Positions 37,671-50,760 of a stretch of DNA of 64,000 bases are shown in pieces (position 1 is the first letter of the stretch; every line of letters starts with the position of its first letter). The position numbers were made by a program, and so were the translations under genes. The DNA is taken from contig NC_052170.1 of assembly GCF_902713615.1 (NCBI RefSeq), positions 7,426,744 through 7,490,743 on the forward strand, written 5' to 3'. Source of the stretch: Scyliorhinus canicula. Taxonomy: Eukaryota. Below the pieces are notes generated by a model. It had not been told where the DNA came from. It saw only the letters and a program-made list of their open reading frames with translations, and made no database searches.

Positions 37671-40600
37671 AAATCACAGATACTGACCATTATGTCCAAC
37701 TGGTATTTGTGTGGTTTGGGCTACACGAGCCCCCTCCTGAGTTAACAGTAAGGGAAGTATAGCAGTTATCTGCACTGCAGCCAAGCAGGTGTAACGACCA
37801 CAGAACTTTACCTGTAGTCCTGATGCTGCTGGAATGTTGTGTCTAACCCACACTGAATCAGGCTGAGGAGAGTGTGAACTGAAAAGAACACCCACCAATT
37901 CTGGGAGAATTCACAATCTGCTCTTCTTTTCCTTTCCCCCTGGGCACTTTAGCTGGGATGGGGCTTCGGAAAGGGCGCAGGGGATTGACTAGAATGGTAC
38001 CAGGTATGAGGGGGTGTGACTAGAAAAGCTGGAAGAAAAACAGAAAATGCTCAGCAATCCAGGCAGCATCTGTGGAGAGGGAAAAACAGACGTAACATCA
38101 CAGCTTGATGTCCTTTCATCGGAAGCTGGAACTGCTCTCCTCGAAGCAGAGAAGGTTGCAAAGAGGTCTTCAAGAAAGGTTTTGACAGAGCAGAAGGGTA
38201 GACGCTGTTTCTGCTTGAAGCGGTCTCTGGCTTCTCCAACTTTTGCAGTCTGGTTTCCATATTACACAGCAGAACTCAACAAGAATACCACAATACTAGC
38301 AGGCTGCAGAAGACCAGCTAGCATTGAGGCTAGACGCTTAATACCTTCCCCCACCCACAGCCTTGTGACCTTCTTGGCGGGGCAAAGCAAAACAGGGGGA
38401 AACACAAGGCCATTTACAGAGGGGGGAAAATCCTTCTTCAACCCCCCACTCTCAATATCAGTCCAGGAGATTGGATGGGCCAAGTTATCTATATAGACAT
38501 TTGTGATGTGATCTCAGTCCCAGTCTGAAAGATGTACAGAGAGTCGACACCTAGACGCCAGCAGGCAACACATTCCAGAGAAAAGGGAAATTGTGACCAT
38601 CAGTTGATGAATCTGATTGGGGGTAAGGGAAGGGGGAGGGTGACACACAAGTAACATCCTCAAAAAAAAAAGCGAGAGGTCGATAAAAAGGGCAATCGCA
38701 AGAATGCTTAAAATGTTTGGACAAATTTCAAACAAATTCACCATGGGATAAAGGCCACACTGGTGTGAGGTTATCTGTTCTGGTGTCTTGTACTTGGGCT
38801 GGAGCAAGACAGCTTTGGACAGCCTGTACGACTCCTTCATTGTGCTTTGGTTGTTCTATGTAAACAGTCTCTACCCCCCCATTCTGAAAATTTTAGAGAA
38901 ATTCATTTGTCAGAATTCTACCACACAGATCCATTCATCCACTGAGGTTGGAAAAAGTCTCTGCTGTCAGCCAGATATTTTACTGTTATTATTTATTTGC
39001 CAAATCAATAAAACCTGTTTCCACCGGACAGAAGTACAATAACCAGAGGACACCGCCTGAAGATAATACCCAGGAGGGAAAAAGAGTTTTTATTTTACAC
39101 TGAGTTGTTGCGGTATAGAAATGGCTGACTGAAAAGGCGATTGAAGCAAATCAAGAGGATGAGAACCATGGAGAAATTAAAAGGGAGAAATTTGCAGGGC
39201 TATGGGGAAAGAGCGAGGGACTGGGCCTAATTGGATGATGCTTCCAAGGAGAAGGCACGGACGTAATGTATAGAGTGGTCTACTTTTGCGCTGCAAGCGC
39301 TTATGAATGAGGTGTCTCTGGGTAACCACAATGCCTGGAATGATCCCTCGTCAAGCTGGTCAGGACAAAGTGTGGCTTGATTCTCAATGTGAGCTGAGTC
39401 AACTGACATCAACCAGGATAGTAAATGGGCTGATGAATTCCATCTCTCAGTCCCAATATGGTGGTGAATGATGTGTGGCCTGATCAAACTTGAGTGCATG
39501 CAATTTGTCACGGGAGGGTTGGATGAACACGACAATGATTCCTTGTTTGTCAAGCTGCTGACACTGTCTGGAGCCAAACCTAAAGATCATCGCACATTTG
39601 GTCTGAGCCAGCTATCCCAATGAAGCATCGCACAGATGAAGAGGAGGGGGCTATTCGACCCATTCAGTGTATTCTGCCATTGTATGAGAACATGATTGAC
39701 CTGCTCTGTAACTCTGTCTACCCACCTTGGTTCAATACCGTGAATACCCAACAATGATCTAAGTTTTCCTGTTTTCACTGGGTCCCTAGATGCAACGGCA
39801 TTTTGCTGGACAGACTTCTGGGTTTCCACTCTGCGAAGAACTTCTTCATGACCTCCATCCCAAGCTGTAATTTCAAGGTTTGCTCCCTTGCCCTGGACTC
39901 ATCCTCTTGAGGAAATAGTTTCACCCTATCTACCTATCCAATCCTTTAATCAGATTGCTCCCACAATTTGAATACTCCTTCATCGTTTGTACTCAACTAA
40001 GTCCAAACTTCATCTTTGTAACTTGTGCTCATGGTTTAACCCACATTTTCTCACTTTTCACCATTGGTAGTGCCTGTGTCTTGCAGCAGGATTTCGAAGT
40101 TCTTTATCCTTCTTTTCAAATCCCTCCATGGCATCAGCAGCCCTATCTGACCTGCTTTAGTTGTCTAACCCTCCGAGATCTCTGCGCCTCTCCGGTTCGA
40201 ATCTCTCGCACATCCCTGATTTGAATTGTCCCGAAACCCCTCCTGAAATCTCTCCACCTCTCTTGCCTCTCTCTCTTTTCAAACACTTCTAAAAAAGGAT
40301 AACTGTAAGCATGTCTCACAACCTCAGAACATACCAAAGTGATTAACAGCCACCTACACATTTTGGAATTGTAGTCACTGCTGTAATGCAGGAAGCAAGG
40401 CAGCAAATTTGTACACAGCAGGCTCCCACGAACAGCAACCTGGTAATGACCAGATAGGCACTTTTGTGACATAAACAGAAGATGCTGGACAATCTCAGCA
40501 GGTCTGACAGCATCCGTGGAGAGGGAACGCTCCGTCTTGTCCAGCATTTTCTGTTTTTTTTTTCAGATTCCAGCATCCGCAGTATTTGCTTTCAATCATT

Positions 40601-40924
40601 TTTGTGATGTTGATCGAGGGATGCATTTTGGGCCAGGTCACGGCACTGGGGAAAATTCCTTTGAAATAATGCCACAGGATCTTGCATGCCAACCGCAAAG
40701 GGAGGCAGGGTGAATATCAATTGAATATTTCACTCAAGGTGCAGCACCTCTGACATTACAGCACTAGCACAGTGCAGTCAGCGCACCGGTGGGGCGGGGG
40801 AGGGGGGGGGGGGGGGGGGAGTGGGGTTGTGCTCAAAGTCCTGGAGCCACTTGGACCTGCATTCTATGGCTTGGCAGCAGACATTGTTTCATAGATTCCC
40901 GAGTGCAGAAAATGAAAAATAGAA

Positions 40925-41097
40925 ATGAAAACCGCTTATTGTCACAAGTAGACTTCAAATGAAGTTACTCTGAAAAGCCCCTAGTCGCCACATTCCAGCG
41001 CCTGTTCGGGGAGGCTGGTACGGGAATTGAACCGTGCTGCTGGCCTGCCTTGGTCTGCTTTCAAAGCCAGCGATTTAGCCCTGTGCTAAACAGCCTC
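40925..41097 (-). mobile_element. Second tRNA-derived SINE family
   Basis: Near-identical copy at 58510-58700; tRNA-like head ggctg..tttagcacagggctaaa...ggttcaattccc. Confidence 0.82.
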
Positions 41098-41193
41098 AGG
41101 AGACCTTTCGGCCCATCGGATCTGCACTGACCCTGCGAAAGAGCACACTACCCGAGTCCACTATCACGCCCTTTCCCTGTAACCCGAAACTTG

Positions 41194-41487
41194 CTAAATC
41201 CTACCAACTGTCCTGGCTTGAGACAATTCACACCTCATTAACCTGGGGTTACCCCCTATCTCTGGATCTGTAATGATTTGATCACCCGCAAATGCTCGCA
41301 TTCCAAGCATTGTCTGGCATCTCTGACTTTGTCTATATAAATGTTTCTGGAACCCACCTCTCCATTCACCTGAGGAAGGAGCTGCGCTCCGAAAGCTCGT
41401 GTTTGAAACAAACCTGTTAGACTTTAACCTGGTGCTGTAAGAATTCTTACTGTGCTCACCCCAGTCCAACGCCGGCATCTCCACATC
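41194..41487. mobile_element. Penelope-like element terminal fragment, inserted in a SINE
   Basis: cacctgaggaaggagc...ctccgaaagct terminal motif recognised from Penelope-type repeats; from memory, not searched. Confidence 0.5.
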
Positions 41488-41509
41488 ATGCACATTCCTG
41501 GACAGTAAT

Positions 41510-41687
41510 GGACAATTTTAGCACGGCCAATCCACCTAACCTGCACATCTTTGGACTGTGGGAGGAAACCGGAGCACCCGGAGGAAACCCCCACAGACAC
41601 GGGGAGAACGTGCAGACTCCTGACAGTCACCGGAAGCCAGAATTGAACCTGGGTCCCTGGCGCTGTTAGGTGGTAGTGCTAACCACC
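41510..41687 (-). mobile_element. V-SINE, long subfamily
   Basis: Homologous to the other copies. Confidence 0.85.
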
Positions 41688-41756
41688 TTTGTGGAACGTA
41701 TGGCCACGTTTTTTAAAAAATTCCAATTAAGGGACAATTTAGTGTGGCCAACCTGC

Positions 41757-42160
41757 ACATAAGAACATAAGAACTAGGAGCAGGAGTCGGCCATCTGGCC
41801 CCTCGAGCCTGCTCCACCATTCAATGAGATCACAGCTGATCTTTTGTGGACTCAGCTCCACTTTCTGGCCCGAACACCATAACCCTTAATCCCTTTATTC
41901 TTCAAAAAACTATCTATCTTTACCTTAAAAACATGTAATGAAGGAGCCTCAACTGCTTCACTGGGCAAGGAATTCCATAGATTCACAACCCTTTGGGTGA
42001 AGAAGTTCCTCCTAAACTCAGTCCTAAATCTACTTCCCCTTATTTTGAGGCTATGTCCCCTAGTTCTGCTGTCACCCGCCAGTGGAAACAACCTGCCCGC
42101 ATCTATCCTATCTATTCCCTTCATAATTTTAAATGTTTTTATAAGATCCCCCCTCATCCT
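41757..42160 (-). mobile_element. CR1-clade LINE 3' end
   Basis: MRGDLIKTFKIMKG...RTRGHSLK...FFTQRVVNLWNSLP; (TTCTTATG)n tail. Confidence 0.92.
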
Positions 42161-42389
42161 TTGGGTTAGGGGCGCCTGCGCAGACCCGGGTACATCTGGC
42201 CAAGTTAAAGGCGATATGTAAATGCAGGTGAATGATGTCCTGCTCAGAGGTCCCCCTCCCACCTTCAAGAGAGGGGGAGACAAGTGGGAGTGGGAGGCCG
42301 GTGCCTGGTTGCCCCCCTTCTAACAGCACCAGCCCTTGACGCAGGAAACCAGCACAAGAATAAACAGACCAAACCCCCCCCCCCCCCCC

Positions 42390-42756
42390 CGTTTTCTTTG
42401 CGTGGCGGGCGGACCGAGCGCAGTCTGGGCGCTTGCTGTGCCTCGGGAAACTGCGGCGAGGCGCAGTTGAGCTGAATTGGCGTCCGTGACGCGGGGGGGG
42501 GAGGAGGAGAGGAGAGGGGAAGCTCGGAATCAAGCAGGGGGCCAGAGAAATGTTTGCAGCTTGAAGAAAGCCCAGTCAGCAGGGAGGGCTTTCTCACAAC
42601 CAAACTAGAGGCAGAAGGAGCGCGCGGACCCAGAGAGCCGAGGGCAACAGAGCAAAGCAGGCGACGACAAGGAGGAGAAGCCATAAAGAGTTCATCCTGG
42701 TCTGTTCGTCTCTCTCTCCCCCCAGCCGGAATTAAAAGGCAAAGTTTAACAGCATC
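42390..42756 (+). promoter_or_regulatory. CpG-rich promoter / 5' UTR of the TRIP10-like gene
   Basis: CpG-dense; reverse CCAAT (ATTGG ~42476); CGTGACG CRE-like half site; directly upstream of the MEWGSELW exon. Confidence 0.6.
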
Positions 42757-42780
42757 ATGGAGTGGGGCTCGGAGCTTTGG
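42757..42780 (+). CDS. TRIP10: First coding exon of a CIP4/FBP17/TOCA-1 family F-BAR gene (MEWGSELW), most likely TRIP10
   Basis: atcATGG Kozak, 24-nt exon, TGG|GTGAGT donor; family N-terminus M(D/S)WGTELW. An acidic residue 2 and GPR108 linkage favour TRIP10 over FNBP1/FNBP1L. Exon 2 (DQF...) was not found in the window. Confidence 0.75.
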
Positions 42781-43152
42781 GTGAGTCCCTTCAAAATTAA
42801 AGCAGAGACAGTGAGAGAATGAGGTTAGAAAGTTGTTGGCGAGTTTGGGAAGGGTGAGTGGACCCCCCCCCCCCCCCCCCGGAATAATGTTTACTCCCAT
42901 TGATAAAGGAGCCAGGAAAGTTTCTCCAGAAGGAAAAGTTTGATCCCTGAATAAGTTGTTTTAAACTCTAACAAAACATGTTCCCCTCTCCCTCCCTCCC
43001 TCCCTCCTGGTGGATGTGGTTCAGTCTCTCTCTCGCCCACTCGGGGAGGGCTCGCACGGATTGATTTGTATTTTTGGTCGGTTGTGTTGTTTAAGGAGCG
43101 ACTCTTTCAAGTTGCGAAGCAGTGGAGCCCGTCTCCCAGCCCAGAGAGGGAG

Positions 43153-46100
43153 CCTCCTCCCCTCATTCCTCCCTCCCTCACTCCCCTCATTCCTCCCTCC
43201 CTCACTCCCCTCATTCCTCCCTCCCTCACTCCCCTCATTCCTCCCTCCCTCACTCCCCTCATTCCTCCCTCCCTCACTCCCCTCATTCCTCCCTCCCTCA
43301 CTCCCCTCATTCCTCCCTCCCTCACTCCCCTCATTCCTCCCTCCCTCACTCCCCTCATTCCTCCCTCCCTCACTCCCCTCATTCCTCCCTCCCTCACTCC
43401 CCTCATTCCTCCCTCCCTCACTCCCCTCATTCCTCCCTCCCTCCCCTCATTCCTCCCTCCCTCACTCCCCTCATTCCTCCCTCCCTCACTCCCCTCATTC
43501 CTCCCTCCCTCACTCCCCTCATTCCTCCCTCCCTCACTCCCCTCATTCCTCCCTCCCTCACTCCCCTCATTCCTCCCTCCCTCACTCCCCTCATTCCTCC
43601 CTCCCTCACTCCCCTCATTCCTCCCTCCCTCACTCCCCTCATTCCTCCCTCCCTCACTCCCCTCATTCCTCCCTCCCTCACTCCCCTCATTCCTTCCCTC
43701 ACTCCCCTCATTCCTCCCTCCCTCACTCCCCTCATTCCTCCCTCCCTCACTCCCCTCATTCCTCCCTCCCTCACTCCCCTCATTCCTCCCTCCCTCACTC
43801 CCCTCATCCTCCCTCCCTCATTCCTCCCTCACTCCCCTCATTCCTCCCTCCCTCACTCCCCTCATTCCTCCCTCCCTCACTCCCCTCATTCCTCCCTCCC
43901 TCACTCCCCTCATTCCTCCCTCCCTCACTCCCCTCATTCCTCCCTCCCTCACTCCCCTCATTCCTCCCTCCCTCACTCCCCTCATTCCTCCCTCCCTCAC
44001 TCCCCTCATTCCTCCCTCCCTCACTCCCCTCATTCCTCCCTCCCTCACTCCCCTCATTCCTCCCTCCCTCACTCCCCTCATTTCCTCCTCCCTCACTCCC
44101 CTCATTCCTCCCTCCCTCACTCCCCTCATTCCTCCCTCCCTCACTCCCCTCATTCCTCCTCCCTCACTCCCCTCATTCCTCCCTCCCTCGCTCCCCTCAT
44201 TCCTCCCTCCCTCACTCCCCTCATTCCTCCCTCCCTCACTCCCCTCATTCCCCCTCCCTCGCTCCCCTCATTCCTCCCTCCCTCACTCCCCTCATTCCTC
44301 CTCCCTCCCTCACTCCCCTCATTCCTCCTCCCTCCCTCCTCCCTCATTCCCCCTCCCTCCCTCCCCTCATTCCTCCCTCCCTCCCTCCCCTCATTCCTCC
44401 CTCCCTCCTCCCCTCATTCCTCCCTCCCCCTCCCCTCATTCCTCCCTCCCTCCCTCCCCTCATTCCTCCCTCCCTCCCTCCCCTCATTCCTCCCTCCCTC
44501 CCCCTCATTCCTCCCTCCCTCCCTCCCCATCATCCTCCCTCCCTCCCTCCCCTCATTCCTCACTCCCTCATCTCCCTCCCTCACTCCCCTCATTCCTCCC
44601 TCCCTCACTCCCCTCATTCCTCCCTCCCTCACTCCCCTCATTCCTCCCTCCCTCACTCCCCTCATTCCTCCCTCCCTCACTCCCCTCATTCCTCCCTCCC
44701 TCACTCCCCTCATTCCTCCCTCCCTCACTCCCCTCATTCCTCCCTCCCTCACTCCCCTCATTCCTCCCTCCCTCACTCACCTCATTCCTCCCTCCCTCAC
44801 TCCCTCATTCCTCCCTCCCTCACTCCCCTCATTCTCTCCCTCCCTCACTCCCCTCATTCCTCCCTCCCTCACTCCCCTCATTCCTCCCTCCCTCACTCCC
44901 TCATTCCTCCCTCCCTCACTCCCCTCATTCCTCCCTCCCTCACTCCCTCTCCTCTCCTCCCATTCCTCCCTCCCTCCCCCTCATTCCTCCCTCCCTCCCC
45001 CTCACTCCTCCCTCCCTCCCCCTCACTCCTCCCTCCCTCCCCCTCACTCCTCCCTCCCTCACTCCCTCACTCCTCCCTCCCTCACTCCCTCATTCCTCCC
45101 TCCCTCACTTCCCCTCATTCCTCCCTCCCTCACTCCCTCACTCCTCCCTCCCTTCCCCTCACTCCTCCCTCCCTCCCCCTCACTCCTCCCTCCCTCCCCC
45201 TCACTCCTCCCTCCCTCCCCCTCACTCCTCCCTCCCTCCCCCTCACTCCTCCCTCCCTCCCCCTCACTCCTCCCTCCCTCACTCCCCTCACTCCTCCCTC
45301 CCTCACTCCCCTCACTCCTCCCTCCCTCACTCCCCTCACTCCTCCCTCCCTCCTCCCCTCACTTCCCTCCCTCCCTCACTCCCCTCATTCCTCCCTCCCT
45401 CACTCCCCTCATTCCTCCCTCCCTCACTCCCCTCATTCCTCCCCTCCCTCACTCCCCTCATTCCTCCCTCCCTCACTCCCCTCATTCCTCCCTCCCTCAC
45501 TCCCCTCATTCCTTCCCTCCCTCACTCCCCTCATTCCTCCCTCCCTCACTCCCCTCATTCCTCCCTCCCTCACTCCCCTCATTCCTCCCCCCTCACTCCC
45601 CTCATTCCTCACTCCCTCGCTCCCCTCGTTCCTCCCTCCCTCGCTCCCCTCGTTCCTCCCTCCCTCGCTCCCCTCGTTCCTCCCTCCCTCGCTCCCCTCG
45701 TTCCTCCCTCCCTCGCTCCCCTCGTTCCTCCCTCCCTCACTCCCCCGTTCCTCCCTCCCTCACTCCCCCCGTTCCTCCCTCCCTCCCTACCCCCCCCGTT
45801 CCTCCCTCCCTCACTCCCCCCGTTCCTCCCTCCCTCACTCCCCCCGTTCCTCCCTCCCTCACTCCCCCCGTTCCTCCCTCCCTCACTCCCCCCGTTCCTC
45901 CCTCCCTCACTCCCCCGTTCCTCCGCTCCCGCACTCCCCCCTCCCCCCGATCCTCCCTCCCTCACTCCCCCGTTCCTCCTCCCTCACTCCCCCGTTCCTA
46001 CCTCCCTCACTCCCCCGTTCCTCCTCCCTCCCTCACTCCCCCCGTTCCTCCCTCCCTCACTCCCCCCCCGTTCCTCCCTCCCTCACTCCCCCCGTTCCTC

Positions 46101-49100
46101 CCTCCCTCACTCCCCCCGTTCCTCCTCCCTCCTCACTCCCCCCGTTCCTCCCTCCCTCACCCCCCCGTTCCTCCCTCCCTCACTCCCCCCGTTCCTCCCT
46201 CCCTCACTCTCCCCCCGTTCCTCCCTCCCTCACTCCCCCCGTCCTCCCTCCCTCCCCTCCCTCACTCCCCCCGTTCCTCCCTCCCTCACTCCCCCCGTTC
46301 CTCCCTCCCTCACTCCCCCCGTTCCTCCCTCCCTCACTCCCCCCCGTTCCTCCCTCCCTCACTCCCCCCGTTCCTCCCTCCCTCACTCCCCCCGTTCCTC
46401 CCTCCCTCACTCCCCCCCCCGTTCCTCCCTCCCTCACTCCCCCCGTTCCTCCCTCCCTCACTCCCCCCCCCCGTTCCCTCCCTCCCTCCTCCCCCCGTTC
46501 CTCCCTCCCTCACTCCCCCCGTTCCTCCCTCCCTCACTCCCCCCGTTCCTCCCTCCCTCACTCCCCCCGTTCCTCCCTCCCTCACTCCCCCCGTTCCTCC
46601 CCTCCCTCACTCCCCCCGTTCCTCCTCCCTCCCTCACTCCCCCCGTTCCTCCCTCCCTCACTCCCCTCCGTTCCTTCCCTCCCTCACTCCCCCCGTTCCT
46701 CCCCCCTCACTCCCCCCGTTCCTCCCTCCCTCACTCCCCCCTTCCTCCCTCCCTCCACTCCCCCCTTCCTCCCTCCCTCACTCCCCCCCGTTCCTCCCTC
46801 CCTCACTCCCCCCCGTTCCTCCCTCCCTCACTCCCCCCCCCGTCCTCCCTCCCTCACTCCCCCCCGTTCCTCCCTCCCTCACTCCCCCCGTTCCTCCCTC
46901 CCTCACTCCCCCCGTTCCTCCCTCCCTCACTCCCCCCGTTCCTCCCTCCCTCACTCCCCCCCGTTCCTCCCTCCCTCACTCCCCCCCGTTCCTCCCTCCC
47001 TCACTCCCCCCCTCCCACTCCCCCCCTCCTCCCTCCCTCCTCCCCCCCTTCCTCCCCCCCCCCCCCCCTCCCTCCCCCCCGCTCCCCTCCCCTCCTCTCC
47101 CTCACTCCCCCCCGTTCCTCCCCCCCCCCCCCCTCCCCCCCCCCTCCTCCCTCCCCTCCCCGTCTCCCCTCCCCCCCTTCCTCCCTCCCCCCCGTCCTCC
47201 CCCCCCCCTCCCCCCTCCCCCCCGTTCCCCCTCCCCCCCTCCGTTCCCCCCCTCCCCTTCCTCCTCCCCCCCGTCCTCCCTCCCCCCCCCTCCCTCCCCC
47301 CCGTCCCCCTCCCCCCCCCTCGCCCCCCCCCCCCTTCCTCCCTCCCCCCCGTCCTCCCTCCCCCCCCCCCTCCCCCTTCCCCCTCCCCCCCCTCCCCCCC
47401 CTCCTCCCCTCCCCCCCGTCCTCCTCCCCTCCCCCCCCCTTCCCTCCCCCCTCCCCCCCCCCGTTCCTCCCTCCCCCCCCCCCGTTCCTCCCTCCCCCCC
47501 CCCCGTTCCTCCCTCCCCCCCCGTTCCTCCCTCCCCCCCGTTCCTCCCTCCCCCCCCCCCCGTTCCTCCCTCCCCCCCCCGTTCCTCCCTCCCCCCCCCC
47601 CCCCCCGTTCCTCCCTCCCCCCCCCCCGTCCTCCCTCCCCCCCCCGTTCCTCCCTCCCCCCCCGTCCTCCCTCCCCCCCCGTTCCTCCCTCCCCCCCCCG
47701 TTCCTTCCCTCCCCCCCCCCCCGTTCCTCCCTCCCCCCCCCCCGTTCCTCCCTCCCCCCCCCGTTCCTCCCTCCCCCCCCCCGTTCCTCCCTCCCCCCCC
47801 CGTTCCTCCCTCCCCCTCCCCCCCCCCCGTTCCTCCCTCCTCCCCCCCGTTCCTCCCTCCTCCCCCCCGTTCCTCCCTCCTCCCCCCCGTTCCTCCCTCC
47901 TCCCCCCCGTTCCTCCCTCCCCCCCCCCGTTCCTCCCTCCCCCCCCCCGTTCCTCCCTCCCCCCCCCCCCCGTTCCTCCCTCCCCCCCCGTTCCTCCCTC
48001 CCCCCCCCCCCGTTCCTCCCTCCCCCCCCCGTTCCTCCCTCCCCCCCCCGTTCCTCCCTCCCCCCCCGTTCCTCCCTCCCCCCCCGTTCCGTTCCTCCCT
48101 CCCCCCCCGTTCCTCCCTCCTCCCCGTTCCTCCCTCCCTCCCTCCCCATCTTCCTCCCTCCCTCCCTCCCCATCGTCCTCCCTCCCTCCCTCCCTCCCCA
48201 TCTTCCTCCCTCCCTCCTCCCCCCCATCTTCCTCCCTCCCTCCCCCCCATCTTCCTCCCTCCCTCCCCCCCATCTTCCTCCCTCCCCTCCCTCCCTCCCC
48301 CCCCATCTTCCTCCCTCCCTCCCTCCCCCCCCCATCTTCCTCCCTCCCTCCCCCCCCATCTTCCTCCCTCCCCCCCCCCATCTTCCTCCCTCCCTCCCTC
48401 CCATCTTCCTCCCTCCCCATCTTCCTCCCTCCCATCTTCCTCCCTCCCCATCTTCCTCCCTCCCTCCCCATCTTCCTCCCTCCCTCCCTCCCTCCCCATC
48501 TTCCTCCCTCCCTCCCCATCTTNNNNNNNNNNNNNNNNNNNNNNNNNNNNNNNNNNNNNNNNNNNNNNNNNNNNNNNNNNNNNNNNNNNNNNNNNNNNNN
48601 NNNNNNNNNNNNNNNNNNNNNNNNNNNNNNNNNNNNNNNNNNNNNNNNNNNNNNNNNNNNNNNNNNNNNNNNNNNNNNNNNNNNNNNNNNNNNNNNNNNN
48701 NNNNNNNNNNNNNNNNNNNNNNNNNNNNNNNNNNNNNNNNNNNNNNNNNCTCCTCCCCCCATCTTCCTCCCTCCCTCCCCATCTTCCTCCCTCCCTCCCT
48801 CCCCATCTTCCTCCCTCCCTCCCTCCCCATCTTCCTCCTCCCTCCCTCCCCATCTTCTCCCTCCCTCCCTCCCCATCTTCCTCCCTCCCTCCCTCCCCAT
48901 CCTTCCTCCCTCCCTCCCATCCTTCCTCCCTCCCTCCCCATCTTCCTCCCTCCCTCCCCATCTTCCTCCCTCCCTCCCCATCTTCCTCCCTCCCTCCCCA
49001 TCTTCCTCCCTCCCTCCCTCCCCATCTTCCTCCCTCCCTCCCTCCCCATCTTCCTCCCTCCCTCCCTCCCCATCTTCCTCCCTCCCTCCCCATCTTCCTC

Positions 49101-50760
49101 CCNNNNNNNNNNNNNNNNNNNNNNNNNNNNNNNNNNNNNNNNNNNNNNNNNNNNNNNNNNNNNNNNNNNNNNNNNNNNNNNNNNNNNNNNNNNNNNNNNN
49201 NNNNNNNNNNNNNNNNNNNNNNNNNNNNNNNNNNNNNNNNNNNNNNNNNNNNNNNNNNNNNNNNNNNNNNNNNNNNNNNNNNNNNNNNNNNNNNNNNNNN
49301 NNNNNNNNNNNNNNNNNNNNNNNNNNNNNNNNNNNNNNNNNNNNNNNNNNNNNNNNNNNNNNNNNNNNNNNNNNNNNNNNNNNNNNNNNNNNNNNNNNNN
49401 NNNNNNNNCCCATCTTCCTCCCTCCCCANNNNNNNNNNNNNNNNNNNNNNNNNNNNNNNNNNNNNNNNNNNNNNNNNNNNNNNNNNNNNNNNNNNNNNNN
49501 NNNNNNNNNNNNNNNNNNNNNNNNNNNNNNNNNNNNNNNNNNNNNNNNNNNNNNNNNNNNNNNNNNNNNNNNNNNNNNNNNNNNNNNNNNNNNNNNNNNN
49601 NNNNNNNNNNNNNNNNNNNNNNNNNNNNNNNNNNNNNNNNNNNNNNNNNNNNNNNNNNNNNNNNNNNNNNNNNNNNNNCTCCCTATCTTCCTCCCTCCCT
49701 CCCTCCCTCCCCATCTTCCTCCCTCCCTCCCTCCCTCCCTCCCCATCTTCCTCCCTCCCTCCCTCCCCATCTTCCTCCCTCCCTCCCCATCTTCCTCCCT
49801 CCCTCCCTCCCCATCTTCCTCCCTCCTCCCCATCTTCCTCCCTCCCTCCCCATCTTCCTCCCATCCCTCCCCCTCCCCATCTTCCTCCCTCCCATCTTCC
49901 TCCCTCCCCCCTCCCCATCTTCCTCCCTCCCTCCCATCTTCCTCCCTCCCTCCCTCCCCTCATTCCTCCCTCCCTCCCTCCCCTCATTCCTCCCTCCCCT
50001 CATTCCTCACTCCCCTCATTCCTCACTCCCCTCATTCCTCACTCCCCGCATTCCTCACTCACTCCCCGCATTCCTCACTCACTCCCCTCATTCCTCACTC
50101 TCTCCCCTCATTCCTCACTCTCTCCCCTCATTCCTCACTCTCTCCCCTCATTCCTCACTCACTCCCCTCATTCCTCACTCACTCCCCTCATTCCTCACTC
50201 CCCTCCCCTCATTCCTCACTCACTCCCCTCATTCCTCACTCACTCCCCTCATTCCTCACTCACTCCCCTCATTCCTCACTCACTCCCCTCATTCCTCACT
50301 CACTCCCCTCATTCCTCACTCACTCCCCTCATTCCTCACTCACTCCCCTCATTCCTCCCTCACTCCCCTCATTCCTCACTCACTCCCCTCATTCCTCACT
50401 CACTCCCCTCATTCCTCACTCACTCCCCTCATTCCTCACTCACTCCCCTCATTCCTCACTCACTCCCCTCATTCCTCACTCACTCCCCTCATTCCTCACT
50501 CACTCCCCTCATTCCTCACTCCCTCCCCTCATTCCTCACTCACTCCCCTCATTCCTCACTCACTCCCCTCATTCCTCACTCACTCCCCTCATTCCTCACT
50601 CACTCCCCTCATTCCTCACTCACTCCCCTCATTCCTCACTCACTCCCCTCATTCCTCACTCACTCCCCTCATTCCTCACTCACTCCCCTCATTCCTCACT
50701 CACTCCCCTCATTCCTCACTCACTCCCCTCATTCCTCACTCACTCCCCTCATTCCTCACC
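43153..50760. repeat. 7.6-kb polypyrimidine tandem array (24-mer TCATTCCTCCCTCCCTCACTCCCC drifting to a 20-mer), with three N gaps
   Basis: Directly visible; source of the spurious ~2600-aa ORFs. Confidence 0.97.

Noticed and set aside
43153-50760. Many CCTCCCT matches to the human PRDM9 core motif
   Set aside because: PRDM9 specificity is allele- and species-specific, and the match is trivial in a CT-rich repeat.
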